From assembly GCA_963729045.1 (NCBI GenBank), contig CAVSMN010000019.1, forward strand, positions 1-47,502: 47,502 nucleotides of DNA. Direction: 5' to 3'. Source of the stretch: an uncultured Nitrososphaeraceae archaeon (GTDB taxonomy: Archaea; Thermoproteota; Nitrososphaeria; Nitrososphaerales; Nitrososphaeraceae). Shown here in pieces: positions 32,703 to 43,884 of this stretch. The position numbers and the translations under genes were made by a program. The notes beneath the pieces are model-generated. The model was not told where the DNA came from. It did not search any database and saw nothing but the letters and a program-made list of their open reading frames with translations. Positions within the stretch are counted from its first letter, which is position 1. The number at the start of each line of letters is the position of its first letter.

Positions 32703-34064
32703 TTATGGGGTTAGCCTATCTATGTCTCTTGGATAAAAAGTTGCGTCTCTTATATTGTCCAGTTTTAATATGGCCATCAATAGTCTTTCTAACCCGAGTC
32801 CAAAACCAGCATGTGGAGGAACTCCATAATCAAAAACCCTCAGATGATAATCAAAAGCCTTATGACTTAGGCCCTTTTTTTTCATATTATTCATTAGATC
32901 AGCCTTATTATTGATACGTGTACTACCCGATGATAACTCAAGGCTTCCATACATTAGGTCAAAGGATTCGCTTAATATACGAGGATCATCTCCATTACTT
33001 GGCTCAGTCATTTGATCCATTTTCTTTGATTTCACATAGAAAGGCTTCGTTGAAGCAGGCCAATCAGTGATAAAATAAAATTCATCTCCAAAAAGATCCT
33101 TGAGTAGTTTTGGCGCAATATCATCTCCCCAGCGAATGTACTTGTGACTATTTTGTAATTTTTCTACTAATTGCGAGTATGTAATTCGACTGAAAGGGCT
33201 ACTCACATTCGGAAGCTTAATTCCCAAACTCTCAAGTTCGACTTGATTTTTGTCACCAATACTTTGAATAACATATCGAATTAAATTATCTAGATAATCC
33301 ATCATATCGGTATAGTCTACATATGCTTTTTCCACATCAACTGACATTGCTTCAGATAAATGTCTGTTTGTCCTAGAAGGTTCTGCTCTAAATATAGGAG
33401 CTATTTCAAATACATTTTCAAAAGCCATGGTCAACTGCTCTTTGTATAACTGTGGGCTTTGTGCCAAAAACGCTTCCCTATCATAATAAAAGATTGGGAA
33501 TAATGCGGCACCTCCTTCTGTAGCAGTAGCAATCATTTTTGGAGTATTAACTTCAACAAAATAATTGTCATTTAAATATTGCCTAATAGAATTTAGGATA
33601 GTATTCCTTATTTTAAAAACATTTTGTAAATGATTTCTCCTTAAATCTAGAGCCCTCAGGTCTAATCTAGTGTCAATACCGATTGAAGAAATGGATTGGG
33701 TAAGGAATGGGGCAGGTTTGTTAGAAACAGATAATATTTTGATCTCTTCAGGGATAACTTCATATTCCTTGCTCGAATTTTTTTGTTCAACAACTTTTCC
33801 CCTTATAGCGATTGAAGAATGTTCTTTCAAGCTTTTTAATGATTCAAATATATTTTCACTTAATTCCTTCCGCTTCACAAGAATTTGAATATCTCCAAAT
33901 CTATCTCTTATTTGGACAAAAAGTACATTTCCATGGTCTCGTTTTGAAGATATCCATCCAATAACTGTAACAACCTTATTGATTACGGAATCTGAAATTT
34001 GAAAAGAATAATGAGTCCTTCGCCAGTCCCCTAATTCAGTTTCAGCAATGATTTTGTCTTCCAA
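32703..34064 (-). CDS. aspS: Aspartyl-tRNA synthetase (probably non-discriminating, given the gatCAB operon)
   Basis: WRRTHY, RALDLRR, ATEGGA, LAQSPQLYK, FRAE, GVPPHAGFGLGLER, PRD..RLTP. Confidence 0.95.
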   Translation of the reverse strand: MEDKIIAETELGDWRRTHYSFQISDSVINKVVTVIGWISSKRDHGNVLFVQIRDRFGDIQILVKRKELSENIFESLKSLKEHSSIAIRGKVVEQKNSSKEYEVIPEEIKILSVSNKPAPFLTQSISSIGIDTRLDLRALDLRRNHLQNVFKIRNTILNSIRQYLNDNYFVEVNTPKMIATATEGGAALFPIFYYDREAFLAQSPQLYKEQLTMAFENVFEIAPIFRAEPSRTNRHLSEAMSVDVEKAYVDYTDMMDYLDNLIRYVIQSIGDKNQVELESLGIKLPNVSSPFSRITYSQLVEKLQNSHKYIRWGDDIAPKLLKDLFGDEFYFITDWPASTKPFYVKSKKMDQMTEPSNGDDPRILSESFDLMYGSLELSSGSTRINNKADLMNNMKKKGLSHKAFDYHLRVFDYGVPPHAGFGLGLERLLMAILKLDNIRDATFYPRDIDRLTP

Positions 34065-34907
34065 TATGATACAATATTTTCAAATTTTTATAAGAATATA
34101 TCTTTTTCACCTCAAAAGAGGTATGCATAAAAATTGTGCCCGGATTAGACCTTTGGGCAAATTATCTCAAATTTGTCTGACGGTTAGGTGGATACCAGCT
34201 TAGCAAGGTTGTTTAGATTGGGATTCTTGCATTCGTAGAAACTATGGTAATCCTGTAATAATACCCAACTAGCCCAGGTCTATTTGTGCAATAGAGATTT
34301 CAAAATGTAGGACTATTGATTCTAACAGGAAGTTGGAAATATGCAATGGGGGAACAGGGAAAGATGCTGAAATTACCAGTTAATGGATCTTTTGAATTGG
34401 AACTTGTCATTATTGAGGTATTTTATGTAGTTTTTTAATGAAATGGGTGAAAAGATGTAAAATATGGTCATTAACATATCCTTTTTAGAAATTTCAATGT
34501 TAGAGTTGATTAAGATCTATAAATTTATGATAAATGTTGGTTCGTGCCGCACCGCCTAATATACTAAACGAAGAAAGGGGTGAACTAATGCTATATAAGC
34601 AGATCCTTTATGTACACATATTATAAATGGTTAATTCATTATGTTTTGGTATGCCAGAGTGTCGCTTTTATATATCAAATGAACAAATTGACTGGTAAAC
34701 ACTATACTCGGAATATATTCATAAACCACTTATAAGTAAGGTTCTGTGCCCCCTGTTATGCTAGTTGAGTTACTTTAATCCACTTGTCCCTGATATGTAT
34801 ACTTCATCGTCCTTGCCGTACCAAATTTGATGATATCATGATAGCACAAATACACTCACCTACTTTTGCCTGTGTCCATTTTTCATAAAATATAGGATTG
34901 CCTTCGA

Positions 34908-35562
34908 GGCTTAGTTCGCTCAATTTACATAACTCCTTTTTGTAAATATATCCAAACAAATTCAGCCAGTTCTTCACCCGATAAAGAATGCAGACCTAAT
35001 GAAACAGAGAAAAAATTCATCGTGGTGTACGGTTCTATTCACGATGAATTGAATTCAACTTTCAAGCAGGTTTTTCTCTTGAGAGCGGTGTTGTAATGCT
35101 CTAATTTGAGAAATCTGCATCTTGGTATTTAATGTCATCAGTTGTCTCCGGATATTGAATATATACCTTAACCTTTGGTATTTCATGATAAAGTACGCTC
35201 TCTTGCTACTCCCGTGTTTTTTTCCCTAGGAAATTGATAGTAAGAGAATTTACTTGCTTATTGACAATTTGATTGCAATCCAAAACCAGATGTATCTCGC
35301 ATTCCCAACTCTGACCATCTTTTCATCAACGATAAATTCTGATTTCTTTCTTTTCTTTGTCGACAGGCTTTGTTGATTTTATCTGAATCCAGTCCAATTT
35401 TTTTAGATGAAAGAACGTGATTTCGACTTACAAAGTGGGAAAACATTCATGAAACAAGTATAATATACAAAGGTAACAGGACCATTACAGGCTACGACCA
35501 ATGTGAGATTAAGTGTCAAATTCCTTTTCTGTTATTCTCATATGGTTTAGTGCCTTAGAGCC
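34908..35562 (-). mobile_element. Decayed IS6-family insertion sequence (transposase pseudogene)
   Basis: Translating across stops and frameshifts gives SRNHV, DWIQ, EFIVDEKMVRVG..YIWFWIAI, ILLLSIS, CRFLKLEH, EKNLLE..QFI.NRT, RVKNWLNLF, which I recognise as an archaeal IS6 DDE transposase. Both ends begin GGCT (GGCTTAGTTCGCTCAA and GGCTCTAAGGCACTAA). Confidence 0.8.
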
Positions 35563-35820
35563 ATAAAAATTTTTAAGGAAATAGAACCCATATAGCATAA
35601 TCCTTTTAAAATTGCTAACTAATCCTTTCAAACCAGTTATTTTTTTTAGTTTATTCTCTTATTAATTATGAAATGTGAATAAATACCTAATAAGATTCCA
35701 ATTTTCCAATCTTTCTTTATCCACCGCTGTTATGATTCTTCTTTCTAAACGATTATCAAGTTCCTCAGAACCAAAATTTTTAGACAAATATTCAAATACG
35801 GTTAGAGCTAAATAATAATA

Positions 35821-36156
35821 ATGGGAAACGACAATGTCACTCACGTAACAACTGGAAATTGGGATTCAGAGGTCTTAAAAGCTGACAAACCAGTTTTTGT
35901 AGATTTTTGGGCCGAATGGTGTGGTCCATGCCGAATGGTTGGCCCAGTTGTTGAACAAATAGCACAATCCTATTCAGACAAAATAAAGGTGGTAAAACTA
36001 AACGTCGATGAAAATCAAGAAATTGCAATGAAATACGGTATCCAGTCTATTCCATCACTATTGATTTTCAAAAACGGAAAGGAGATAAAAAGAACAATAG
36101 GTGCAGCCCCAAAAGATACCTACGTTAAATTCATCAATGAGGCAATTTCTTCATAA
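35821..36156 (+). CDS. trxA: Thioredoxin
   Basis: VDFWAEWCGPC, IQSIP. Confidence 0.96.
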   Translation: MGNDNVTHVTTGNWDSEVLKADKPVFVDFWAEWCGPCRMVGPVVEQIAQSYSDKIKVVKLNVDENQEIAMKYGIQSIPSLLIFKNGKEIKRTIGAAPKDTYVKFINEAISS

Positions 36157-36230
36157 GTGAAAAGTTTTTTTTAATTATTTTGAAATGATTTAAAAGCATT
36201 AATATTCTTAATACATAAATTATTTTTAAT

Positions 36231-39032
36231 TTGAATAAATCCGAGCTTCTTTCACTTTTCTCCTCCGATTATGAAAAATATTATAAAGTTTCACTATTTG
36301 AAAAATTAGGCTTTATTCGTCAGAGTTGTTCTATTTGTAGTAGGTTCTTTTGGGCCATCCCTCTACGATCGATTTGTCCAGATCATGAAAACTATACATT
36401 TATTGGAAATCCACCGACTTCCAGAAGATATAGTTATACTCAATCGTGGGAGAAGATTAGGGATTACTTCAAAGAAAATGGTCACAGTATAGTTAACAGG
36501 TATCCGGTAGTATGCAGATGGAGAGATGACCTTTACTACACCATTGCTTCAATTGTAGATTTTCAAAGGGTCGCCGATAATAAAGTAATGTTCGAATTGC
36601 CCGGTAATCCACTAGTAGTCCCTCAAATGTGCTTAAGGTTTAATGACATTGAGAATGTCGGGATAACTGGGAGACACTATACCTCGTTTTGCATGGTAGG
36701 GCAAACATGCGATGCAGATTCTAAGGGAGGTTACTGGAAAGATCGGTGTATAGATCTGGATTTTGGATTATTGGTAGATATTTTCGGGATATCCCCCGCT
36801 GAAATAACGTTTGTAGAGGATGTATGGATTGGTGCGGGGGCATTTGGTAGCTCACTTGAATATTTTGTAAGGGGGTTGGAATTAGGGAATGCCGTTTTCA
36901 CAGAATTTGAAGGTAATGAAAAAAATCATAGGGTTCTTAAGAACAAGATAATAGATATGGGCGCAGGTTTAGAGAGACTATCGTGGATAACAAACGGAAC
37001 CCCAACCAGTTACGATTGTACTTTTGAACCGATACTAAAAAGGATATACGAAACGTCTGGGATGGATAATTCATTTAACTCAAATGGAAAAAACAATTCT
37101 CAATCCAAAATCCTTTCAGATTACTTTAGTAGAATTTCAGCAAAGTTGGAATCGACCTCTGATATTTTGCAGGTAAAAAAACAAATAGCACAAGAATTAA
37201 GTATAGATTTTGAAAAATTACAAAAGATTGTAGTCCCGTACGAATCATTATATACGATTATAGATCACACAAGAACTCTAGTTTTTGCTATAAGCGATGG
37301 CTCATTACCTTCAAACGTTGGAGGTGGATACAATCTAAGGGTTATCCTTAGAAGAACACTTTCTCTATTGAAACAACTTGACATAGGGCTCAAAGTCGCA
37401 GACATAGTTGATATGCATTTGAACCAACTACAACCGTTATACCCAGAATTAATGGAGTACAGAAATGACATTCATGAAGTCTTGGATATCGAGGGCAAGA
37501 GATTTATTGAGACACAAGAAAGGATTGTTACAATTTCAAATAAAATAAAAAAAGGGAAAACCAAATTGAATTTAGATGATTTGATCCGACTTTATGAATC
37601 CGATGGGGTTACTCCTGATTATCTTGTTGAAAACGGACTTCTTGAATCGGTTCCAGCAAATTTTTACACAAGACTCTCGGAATTACATTCAACCAGTCGG
37701 TCTGAAAAAGGAGATAAAAAAGAATTCAATTTTGATGATAATGTTGACATTGATAGTATCACAGGAACGAAGTTATTGTATTACGACGACCCAAGTATTT
37801 ATTCTTTTGACGCAAAGATATTAAAAATAATTAACAAGAATTTAATTGTTTTAGACAAAACTTGTTTTTATCCAAGGGGTGGAGGGCAGGAACCTGATTT
37901 TGGCTATATTGGTTCTTACAAAGTTGATAACGTGGTAAAAATCAAAGACAAGGTCCTTCACCACTTGATTGGGGAATTTGAACAAAAGGAAGGAGATGTC
38001 ATCAAATGTGTGATTGAGAAGGAGAGGAGACTAGCCATAACCAAAAACCATACTGCTACTCACATAATCAATCATGCATCTAAAAGTGTCCTAGGTTCAT
38101 GGGTTTGGCAAAACTCTGCATACAAGGACGAAACATATGCCAGGTTGGATATTACACATCATTCCGCTTTATCCAGGGATGAAATGCAGGAAATAGAAAG
38201 AAAAGCAAATGAAATAATTAGAAGGAATTTGCCAGTCATGATTAATTTTTACACCAGAGGAATAGCAGAACAAAACTACAGCTTTAGAATCTACCAAGGC
38301 GGTGTTGTTCCATCAAACGATGTAAGGATCGTTAACATTGGAGGATTAGATATCGAAGCTTGTGGAGGAACCCATGTTTTCAACACAGGCGAATTAGGTC
38401 TTATCAAAATAATAAAGACAGAGAGAATTCAGGATGGAGTTGTTAGAATAGAATTTGTTGCTGGGGAAAATGCACTAAAACGTGTTCAAGATCAGGACAA
38501 CCAGATACAATATATTGTTAATAAGCTGGGCACAAATCGAGAAAAAATTTTAGAAACATTCTCAAAGAACATTGATGAACTAGATAAATCTAAGAAGAAA
38601 ATTAAAAGCCTTTTAAGAAGAATTTCAATTGCATCTGTGGATCAAACAATAAGGGACTCCATTGTTCTCAAATCAGAATCAGATGAAAACAGATTTCTGA
38701 ATTGTTATTTTAGAATAGACGAAGAATTTGATGATCAATTCCATCTTTTGGTTGGCCAAACTTCAGTAGAACAAAATCCAGAACTTGTTTACATTTCAGT
38801 AATAATCATGGAAAACAAATCAGCAAAAGTCATTGTCTTTTGTGGAAAAAATGCAATAAAAATAATTAAAGCAAATGCATTGGCAAGCAATCTATCAAAG
38901 ATGCTTGGTGGCTCTGGTGGAGGAACACCAAATTTTGGACAAGGCGGAGGAAATATGATAGAAAATCTCAAAGGTCTTGAGGATATGGTAAGAAAAAGTC
39001 TGATAGAAAAACTTGACGACACAACTAAATAG
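36231..39032 (+). CDS. alaS: Alanyl-tRNA synthetase (archaeal type)
   Basis: RWRDDLY.TIASI.DFQ, GLELGN.VF, IDMGAGLER, DHTR, NHTATH, EACGGTH. Confidence 0.97.
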   Translation: MNKSELLSLFSSDYEKYYKVSLFEKLGFIRQSCSICSRFFWAIPLRSICPDHENYTFIGNPPTSRRYSYTQSWEKIRDYFKENGHSIVNRYPVVCRWRDDLYYTIASIVDFQRVADNKVMFELPGNPLVVPQMCLRFNDIENVGITGRHYTSFCMVGQTCDADSKGGYWKDRCIDLDFGLLVDIFGISPAEITFVEDVWIGAGAFGSSLEYFVRGLELGNAVFTEFEGNEKNHRVLKNKIIDMGAGLERLSWITNGTPTSYDCTFEPILKRIYETSGMDNSFNSNGKNNSQSKILSDYFSRISAKLESTSDILQVKKQIAQELSIDFEKLQKIVVPYESLYTIIDHTRTLVFAISDGSLPSNVGGGYNLRVILRRTLSLLKQLDIGLKVADIVDMHLNQLQPLYPELMEYRNDIHEVLDIEGKRFIETQERIVTISNKIKKGKTKLNLDDLIRLYESDGVTPDYLVENGLLESVPANFYTRLSELHSTSRSEKGDKKEFNFDDNVDIDSITGTKLLYYDDPSIYSFDAKILKIINKNLIVLDKTCFYPRGGGQEPDFGYIGSYKVDNVVKIKDKVLHHLIGEFEQKEGDVIKCVIEKERRLAITKNHTATHIINHASKSVLGSWVWQNSAYKDETYARLDITHHSALSRDEMQEIERKANEIIRRNLPVMINFYTRGIAEQNYSFRIYQGGVVPSNDVRIVNIGGLDIEACGGTHVFNTGELGLIKIIKTERIQDGVVRIEFVAGENALKRVQDQDNQIQYIVNKLGTNREKILETFSKNIDELDKSKKKIKSLLRRISIASVDQTIRDSIVLKSESDENRFLNCYFRIDEEFDDQFHLLVGQTSVEQNPELVYISVIIMENKSAKVIVFCGKNAIKIIKANALASNLSKMLGGSGGGTPNFGQGGGNMIENLKGLEDMVRKSLIEKLDDTTK

Positions 39033-39215
39033 ATTAATCATTTAAAAAAAGAGATTCATTTATTCGCTTCGTTTCTGGTCAAGTTGAGGCATTTTTTAGA
39101 TGTAGACGAGGTAGTCCAAATCCGTTAAATATGAATCTAAAATAATCCAGGGGTCCTTTCATTTCACCATTAGTAATTTAACTTTAGTAAAAAAATAATT
39201 GTTACCAATAAATAT

Positions 39216-40310
39216 CTAAGTAACTAATTTCTTTAAATCGTTTGGGTTTTTTAGTCCACGTCTGATTTCCATTGCTATTCTTCTGCCAACACCGAAAGTT
39301 TCTCCATATTTATATTTTGTATAAGGCGTTGTGGTAGCTAGAATCGGATTTCCTGGGACTCTAAGGGATACATCATAGACTATTATATCCAAGTCTACAG
39401 TAACAACACTTTGTAGCGAGAAGGGACCAATAATACCAGGAGGATATTCCTTTAATGTACACTGAACAAATTTTTCCCCCATTTTGAATACTTTATCCAA
39501 AAGAGATTCTCTAATACTGGCCGGTGTATGGCCGACTTCTATATTCTGCAAGTCAATTGCCATTTCAAGTTGATTTGCGGCGGGTATTGAAGTAGTAAAG
39601 TCATGTATGTTAGTTTGTAGTCTTCGTTCAATACCCAAAAAATCAACATCTCCATCGAGTGGTGAATAAAAATAATTAAAATTGAAATAAGTACCTATAA
39701 GGTATTGTTCTATGGTAGAGTTATCCTTCAAGTCTGATGCAGTTATTAACCCTGCTTCGATTCTTTTCTCAGATTTTATTTTATAGTCTTGGTAAGATGT
39801 TACTATGAAAAATGCTCTCTCAAGTTTTCTTTTGGCTTCCTGAATCTTGACGAGAGAAGGGCCTTCAATCTCTTCTGGAGTTGAATATATTTTTGGCATA
39901 GAAATATGAGCTTTTCTTAGCAAGTCATATTGATTATTTGGAAGATGTCTTTCCTCAGCCTTAAGAATATATCTGTTTCCAAATACAGGAATTTTGAGTG
40001 ATTTTTCAATATTATCAATCCCTAAATAAACTACAAATGATCTGTGCGGAATCAAAATCGTGTTCAAGTCAAGTAATTTGTTTTGATTTTCTGTATACAT
40101 TAAATCAGAAAAATTATCTAAAACTAATATTTCATCAGCCAATCGACTAAACTTTTGATATGGTAACTCCCTGCCTTTTTGGCAAATGCATATGGTTCTA
40201 AACCCCTCATCTTTGGCACCATCCATTATTTCTAAAGCAGAGTGGCTTCCAATAACCCCCAAAGTAATATTATCCAAATCATATTTGTCTATTAGATTAC
40301 CTACATCCAT
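39216..40310 (-). CDS. purP: PurP-family ATP-grasp FAICAR synthetase (formate-dependent)
   Basis: GSHSALEIMDGAKDEGF, IPHRSF, FGNR, EVGHTPASIRESLL, GRRIAMEI. Confidence 0.88.
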   Translation of the reverse strand: MDVGNLIDKYDLDNITLGVIGSHSALEIMDGAKDEGFRTICICQKGRELPYQKFSRLADEILVLDNFSDLMYTENQNKLLDLNTILIPHRSFVVYLGIDNIEKSLKIPVFGNRYILKAEERHLPNNQYDLLRKAHISMPKIYSTPEEIEGPSLVKIQEAKRKLERAFFIVTSYQDYKIKSEKRIEAGLITASDLKDNSTIEQYLIGTYFNFNYFYSPLDGDVDFLGIERRLQTNIHDFTTSIPAANQLEMAIDLQNIEVGHTPASIRESLLDKVFKMGEKFVQCTLKEYPPGIIGPFSLQSVVTVDLDIIVYDVSLRVPGNPILATTTPYTKYKYGETFGVGRRIAMEIRRGLKNPNDLKKLVT

Positions 40311-40351
40311 TTTTTAAATTCTCATTCCGGGAAGTAATAGTTGAACTTTTT

Positions 40352-40694
40352 TCATATTTTAGTTCTTTCTTGTAAATTTATTTTGGTGTACCTTGTTTCT
40401 TTCAGCTCTTCATCTATGGCGTTTTTTAAATCTTGATCATCCTTATTTGAGTAATCAACACCCAAAGTCTCTGCTATCGATTCCAGTTTTTCTCTGTCAA
40501 TAGATTGTTGGCCTTTTTCCTGATTGGATGTTTCGTTTGCAAGGGACTTTTTTGCCTCTACTCTGGCCTTCTGAAATTCACTGGTTGCTCTACCCATTGA
40601 TCTCAGCTAATTCTGGAATTTTTTTGGCACCAAAAAATATGACAACGATAACTAAAATTATTATTATCCATTCCATTCCGTTTATGAATGCCAT
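40352..40694 (-). CDS. tatA: Twin-arginine translocase TatA/TatE subunit; +1 frameshift near 40605
   Basis: MAFINGMEWIIIILVIVVIFFGAKKIPELA joins RSMGRATSEFQK after one base is removed. Confidence 0.85.
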
Positions 40695-40829
40695 AAAAAT
40701 TAATTTGCAATCCCCATTAATAAACAAATATTCAAAATCTCCTCCAGAATATTTTGCTTTAAGAATGCATAGGTTTTGATAATGTCCAAAATGTAAATAA
40801 GGTTCTTTATAAATAAATTGAATTATACT

Positions 40830-41150
40830 ATGAGGTACAACGAAGCAGCATTTATCGGACAGCAACGTTCAAGAGCCGCCCAAATGAAATTATTTGATTA
40901 CGCAGGATTTGCTATGTTAACTTATACAATAAAAAAAAGCCCCAAAGATGACGGCTTTCTGCCTGTTGGAGAAGATTTGTTCGTTAGTAAGGCGATTTAT
41001 GATAACAACATAATCATATATCTTACAGACGAAGAAGGATATGCCAAGGCACAAACCAAACCCATGGGTATCACCGAGGGCGAAAAGATATTAGATAAGA
41101 TTTCATCAGACGGAATGAAATTTTTTGAAGGAGATTTAAAAACTATATAA
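40830..41150 (+). CDS. Hypothetical protein, distant paralogue of 26651..26983
   Basis: ATG 40830 (MRYNEAAFIG) aligns with MQYFVALKIG; TTTATAAA at 40806-40813 upstream. Confidence 0.75.
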   Translation: MRYNEAAFIGQQRSRAAQMKLFDYAGFAMLTYTIKKSPKDDGFLPVGEDLFVSKAIYDNNIIIYLTDEEGYAKAQTKPMGITEGEKILDKISSDGMKFFEGDLKTI

Positions 41151-41826
41151 TAATTTCTGTCCCCATTTTGACATTTTCAAGTATCAATTTTTCAATGTTG
41201 TTTATGGTTGATTTGAATACTACTGTTGGTAAATTGGATCTTTCTATCACTTTTAAGCTTATCAAATCCATCAAGTCATATGTACCTGCCATAGATTTTT
41301 CTGATTTTAGAATGTTTACACAATCTTGGACTTTTATCTTGTCGTATTTATTGGCTTCTGGATTTGTTCTAGGATCAGAATCATATATTCCATCAACATC
41401 TGTAGCGTTGTAAAACTTTGTTGCACCTACACGTTCGGCTATCAGAGCTGAAGTTGCGTTCGTGCTCTGACCAGGATAAATCCCACCTGTTACTATAACT
41501 AAACCGGATAAGAGAGCTACAGAGATTTCTTCTAGATTCTTAGGCGGTAGGGGATAACAATATCCTGCCAGACCTGAGATCAAAAGTCTCGCATTCAAAT
41601 GTGAGACCTGGATTCCAATCAGATCAAGTCCGGATTCATCCATTCCCAAGCTTCGTGATAAATTAATATAAAATCTCGCTATCTTTCCCCCACCGGTAAT
41701 AATGATTGGTTGATAAACTTGGCTTATTTTTTTTATCAACTGTACATAGTCATTTAATTGAGAAGAGGTTGTGTCAAAATTAAATAAACTCCCACTTAAT
41801 TTTATCACTATCCTTGGTTTATCCAT
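41143..41826 (-). CDS. pyrH: UMP kinase
   Basis: IKLSGS, TGGGKIAR, PGQSTNATSALIAE, NATDVDGIYDSDP. Confidence 0.93.
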   Translation of the reverse strand: MDKPRIVIKLSGSLFNFDTTSSQLNDYVQLIKKISQVYQPIIITGGGKIARFYINLSRSLGMDESGLDLIGIQVSHLNARLLISGLAGYCYPLPPKNLEEISVALLSGLVIVTGGIYPGQSTNATSALIAERVGATKFYNATDVDGIYDSDPRTNPEANKYDKIKVQDCVNILKSEKSMAGTYDLMDLISLKVIERSNLPTVVFKSTINNIEKLILENVKMGTEIII

Positions 41827-41859
41827 AGAATTTCATTTGGCAAGTGATTATAAAAATCG

Positions 41860-43162
41860 TTAGAAATTTTGGTTTTCAGAATCTTCAAGTATAGATTCAA
41901 AGTATTTCCTTTTTTCTGGGGTGGTATATACTCTCATCATATCAAGATATCCAGTGATGACATTAATCAAAGGTAATTGATCAAAAGACTTTTCATATTC
42001 TGCCTGCTCACTTATTATCATGATGGAAGTTACCTCTTCCTTCTTTGGGGCCAATGGGATCGAAGGCGCTCGGGAAATATCCAAAAAAACTGGCTCCCCA
42101 TAATTTTGATTTTGTCCAATAAGCCTTTTTACTATAGAGATTTGTTTTTCAAAATCAATAGTCCTACTAAGAAGGCTTCTCGATTGTATATTGTCGCGCT
42201 CATCTTCGTATCTCTGATTAGTCAACGAAAAATATTCATAAATGCATTTTAGTAAATTTCGCCTTTTGTAGTCTCTTGCAAGCTTCACAGCAAATGTATC
42301 CATAGTTTGTGAATTTGATGGTCGAAAATTGCACAATAATTCTAGGATCATCTCGTCATGCAAATTAAAAAAATCCTCAAGGGAATCAAAATCAGTCAAG
42401 TGCAGTGACTTATTGAGATGTTTCATCGAATGTAAGATCATGACTTCGCCGGACCTAACTGTTTTGTGAAAATACACTGACTTGAACATTTGATATCTTG
42501 AGATTAGCATTGACTCATACGAATATAATGCGGATTTGTTTATCCCCAATACTTTTGAAGACGCAACCTCCAGAGAATTAATAATTCTAAAATAATCTAT
42601 TTTTCCATATTCAGTACCCTGAAAAATAACTGTCCCGTGGCAGGTAATCCATCAAATCTACAGATAAACCACCAGAAATAACTTCATTTAAAAAGCCTGA
42701 ATTATGTTTTCCAAAACTTAGGGAAGATATAGTAGCAGGATTATATCCATTTTGTTTAATAATATCAGATATCTTGGTTTCCAAGATAATCCTCTCGCCG
42801 AGGTTTTCGTGAGAGCTGTTTTTAGAATCTTTAAGAATTTCCTCAAATAAATGAGAATATGGACCGTGTCCAACATCATGTAAAAGGGCTGCCAACCTTA
42901 GCTGTTGAATTAAATCGTTATCTGTAAAGTATCCCTTATCATATAACGTTTGACCGGCCATCCCAGCTAGGAACATTGAACCAAGGGAATGCTCAAATCT
43001 GGAATGAAGTGCACCAGGATAAACAAGATGTGCACCAGCTAACTGACGAATTCTCCGGAGTCTTTGAAAAATATGGGTATCTATTATCTCTTTTTCTACC
43101 TGTGTAAATTTTATGTTTTTATGTATTGGATCAGTAATTTCTCCTACGTATTTTAGAGCCAT
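41860..43162 (-). CDS. HD-superfamily phosphohydrolase (SAMHD1/dNTPase-like); +1 frameshift near 42619
   Basis: DPIH, FQRLRRIRQL, HSRFEHSLG, LLHDVGHGPYSH, DLMDYLPRD, then RYQMFKSVYFHK. Removing one G restores SGTEYGKIDY. Confidence 0.88.
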
Positions 43163-43201
43163 ATTTGTTCTCCACTCTCTTTATCCATGTTTTAAAAAAT
43201 G

Positions 43202-43801
43202 CTATTGTTCTCCTATTATGTTAAGGATTGATTTAAAAACAATATCCTTAGAATTATCCGATTGTAAAACATTCCAATTAAATACTTTGGCCAGTTCTAG
43301 ATAATTATTTCTTACTTTATCTAAGAACTCATGATTTTTCTCAAAATCGTCTAGGACAAAATTATTTGCAATACTTCGTAAATATGAAACTCGAGGGCTC
43401 ACATCTAGAACTATAGTAACGTCTTCTTTTGGCATGCCTTTATCTAGGATAGACAACCATTCGAAGTTTAAGCCGCTGGCAAGGCCATATACTAAATTGG
43501 ATTGATAGTATCTGTTTAAGATAATTGTTTTTCCAGACCTTAAGGCATTTAGAATATTTTCTTTTTTCTCCCATCGATTTGCTGAAAGAAGCATGTGCTT
43601 AGTTTCAGCATTGTATTGGACTTTGCCATCTAAGAAGGATCGTATTTCTTTTCCTATTTTGGTAGAGTAATCTGGAAAGCTAAATAATTCTGTTAGACCG
43701 GGATATCTATCATTGAGATAATCTTGTAGTAAATGAGCTTGAGTTGTTTTGCCTGATTTGTCAAGGCCTTCTAAAACAATGATTTTTCCCACGTGTTCCA
43801 T
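43202..43801 (-). CDS. tmk: Thymidylate kinase
   Basis: EGLDKSGKTTQ, SFPDY, LSANRWE, NRYYQSNLVYG. Confidence 0.93.
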   Translation of the reverse strand: MEHVGKIIVLEGLDKSGKTTQAHLLQDYLNDRYPGLTELFSFPDYSTKIGKEIRSFLDGKVQYNAETKHMLLSANRWEKKENILNALRSGKTIILNRYYQSNLVYGLASGLNFEWLSILDKGMPKEDVTIVLDVSPRVSYLRSIANNFVLDDFEKNHEFLDKVRNNYLELAKVFNWNVLQSDNSKDIVFKSILNIIGEQ

Positions 43802-43884
43802 GATTATATTTTTTCCCTAGACTTTATCATACGTAATAAGGGAAAAAGTTTTAATTTATAAATCCTTTAGATTAAACTACAGCA

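Noticed and set aside
31779..32914. 190-aa and 135-aa plus-strand ORFs, and similar short ORFs opposite fusA, mqnE, ilvA, alaS and pyrH
   Set aside because: Antisense shadows of well-supported conserved genes.
40695..40865. N-terminal extension of the 40590..40865 ORF
   Set aside because: TatA similarity begins at ATG 40694; the extension covers the divergent promoter and overlaps the opposite gene.
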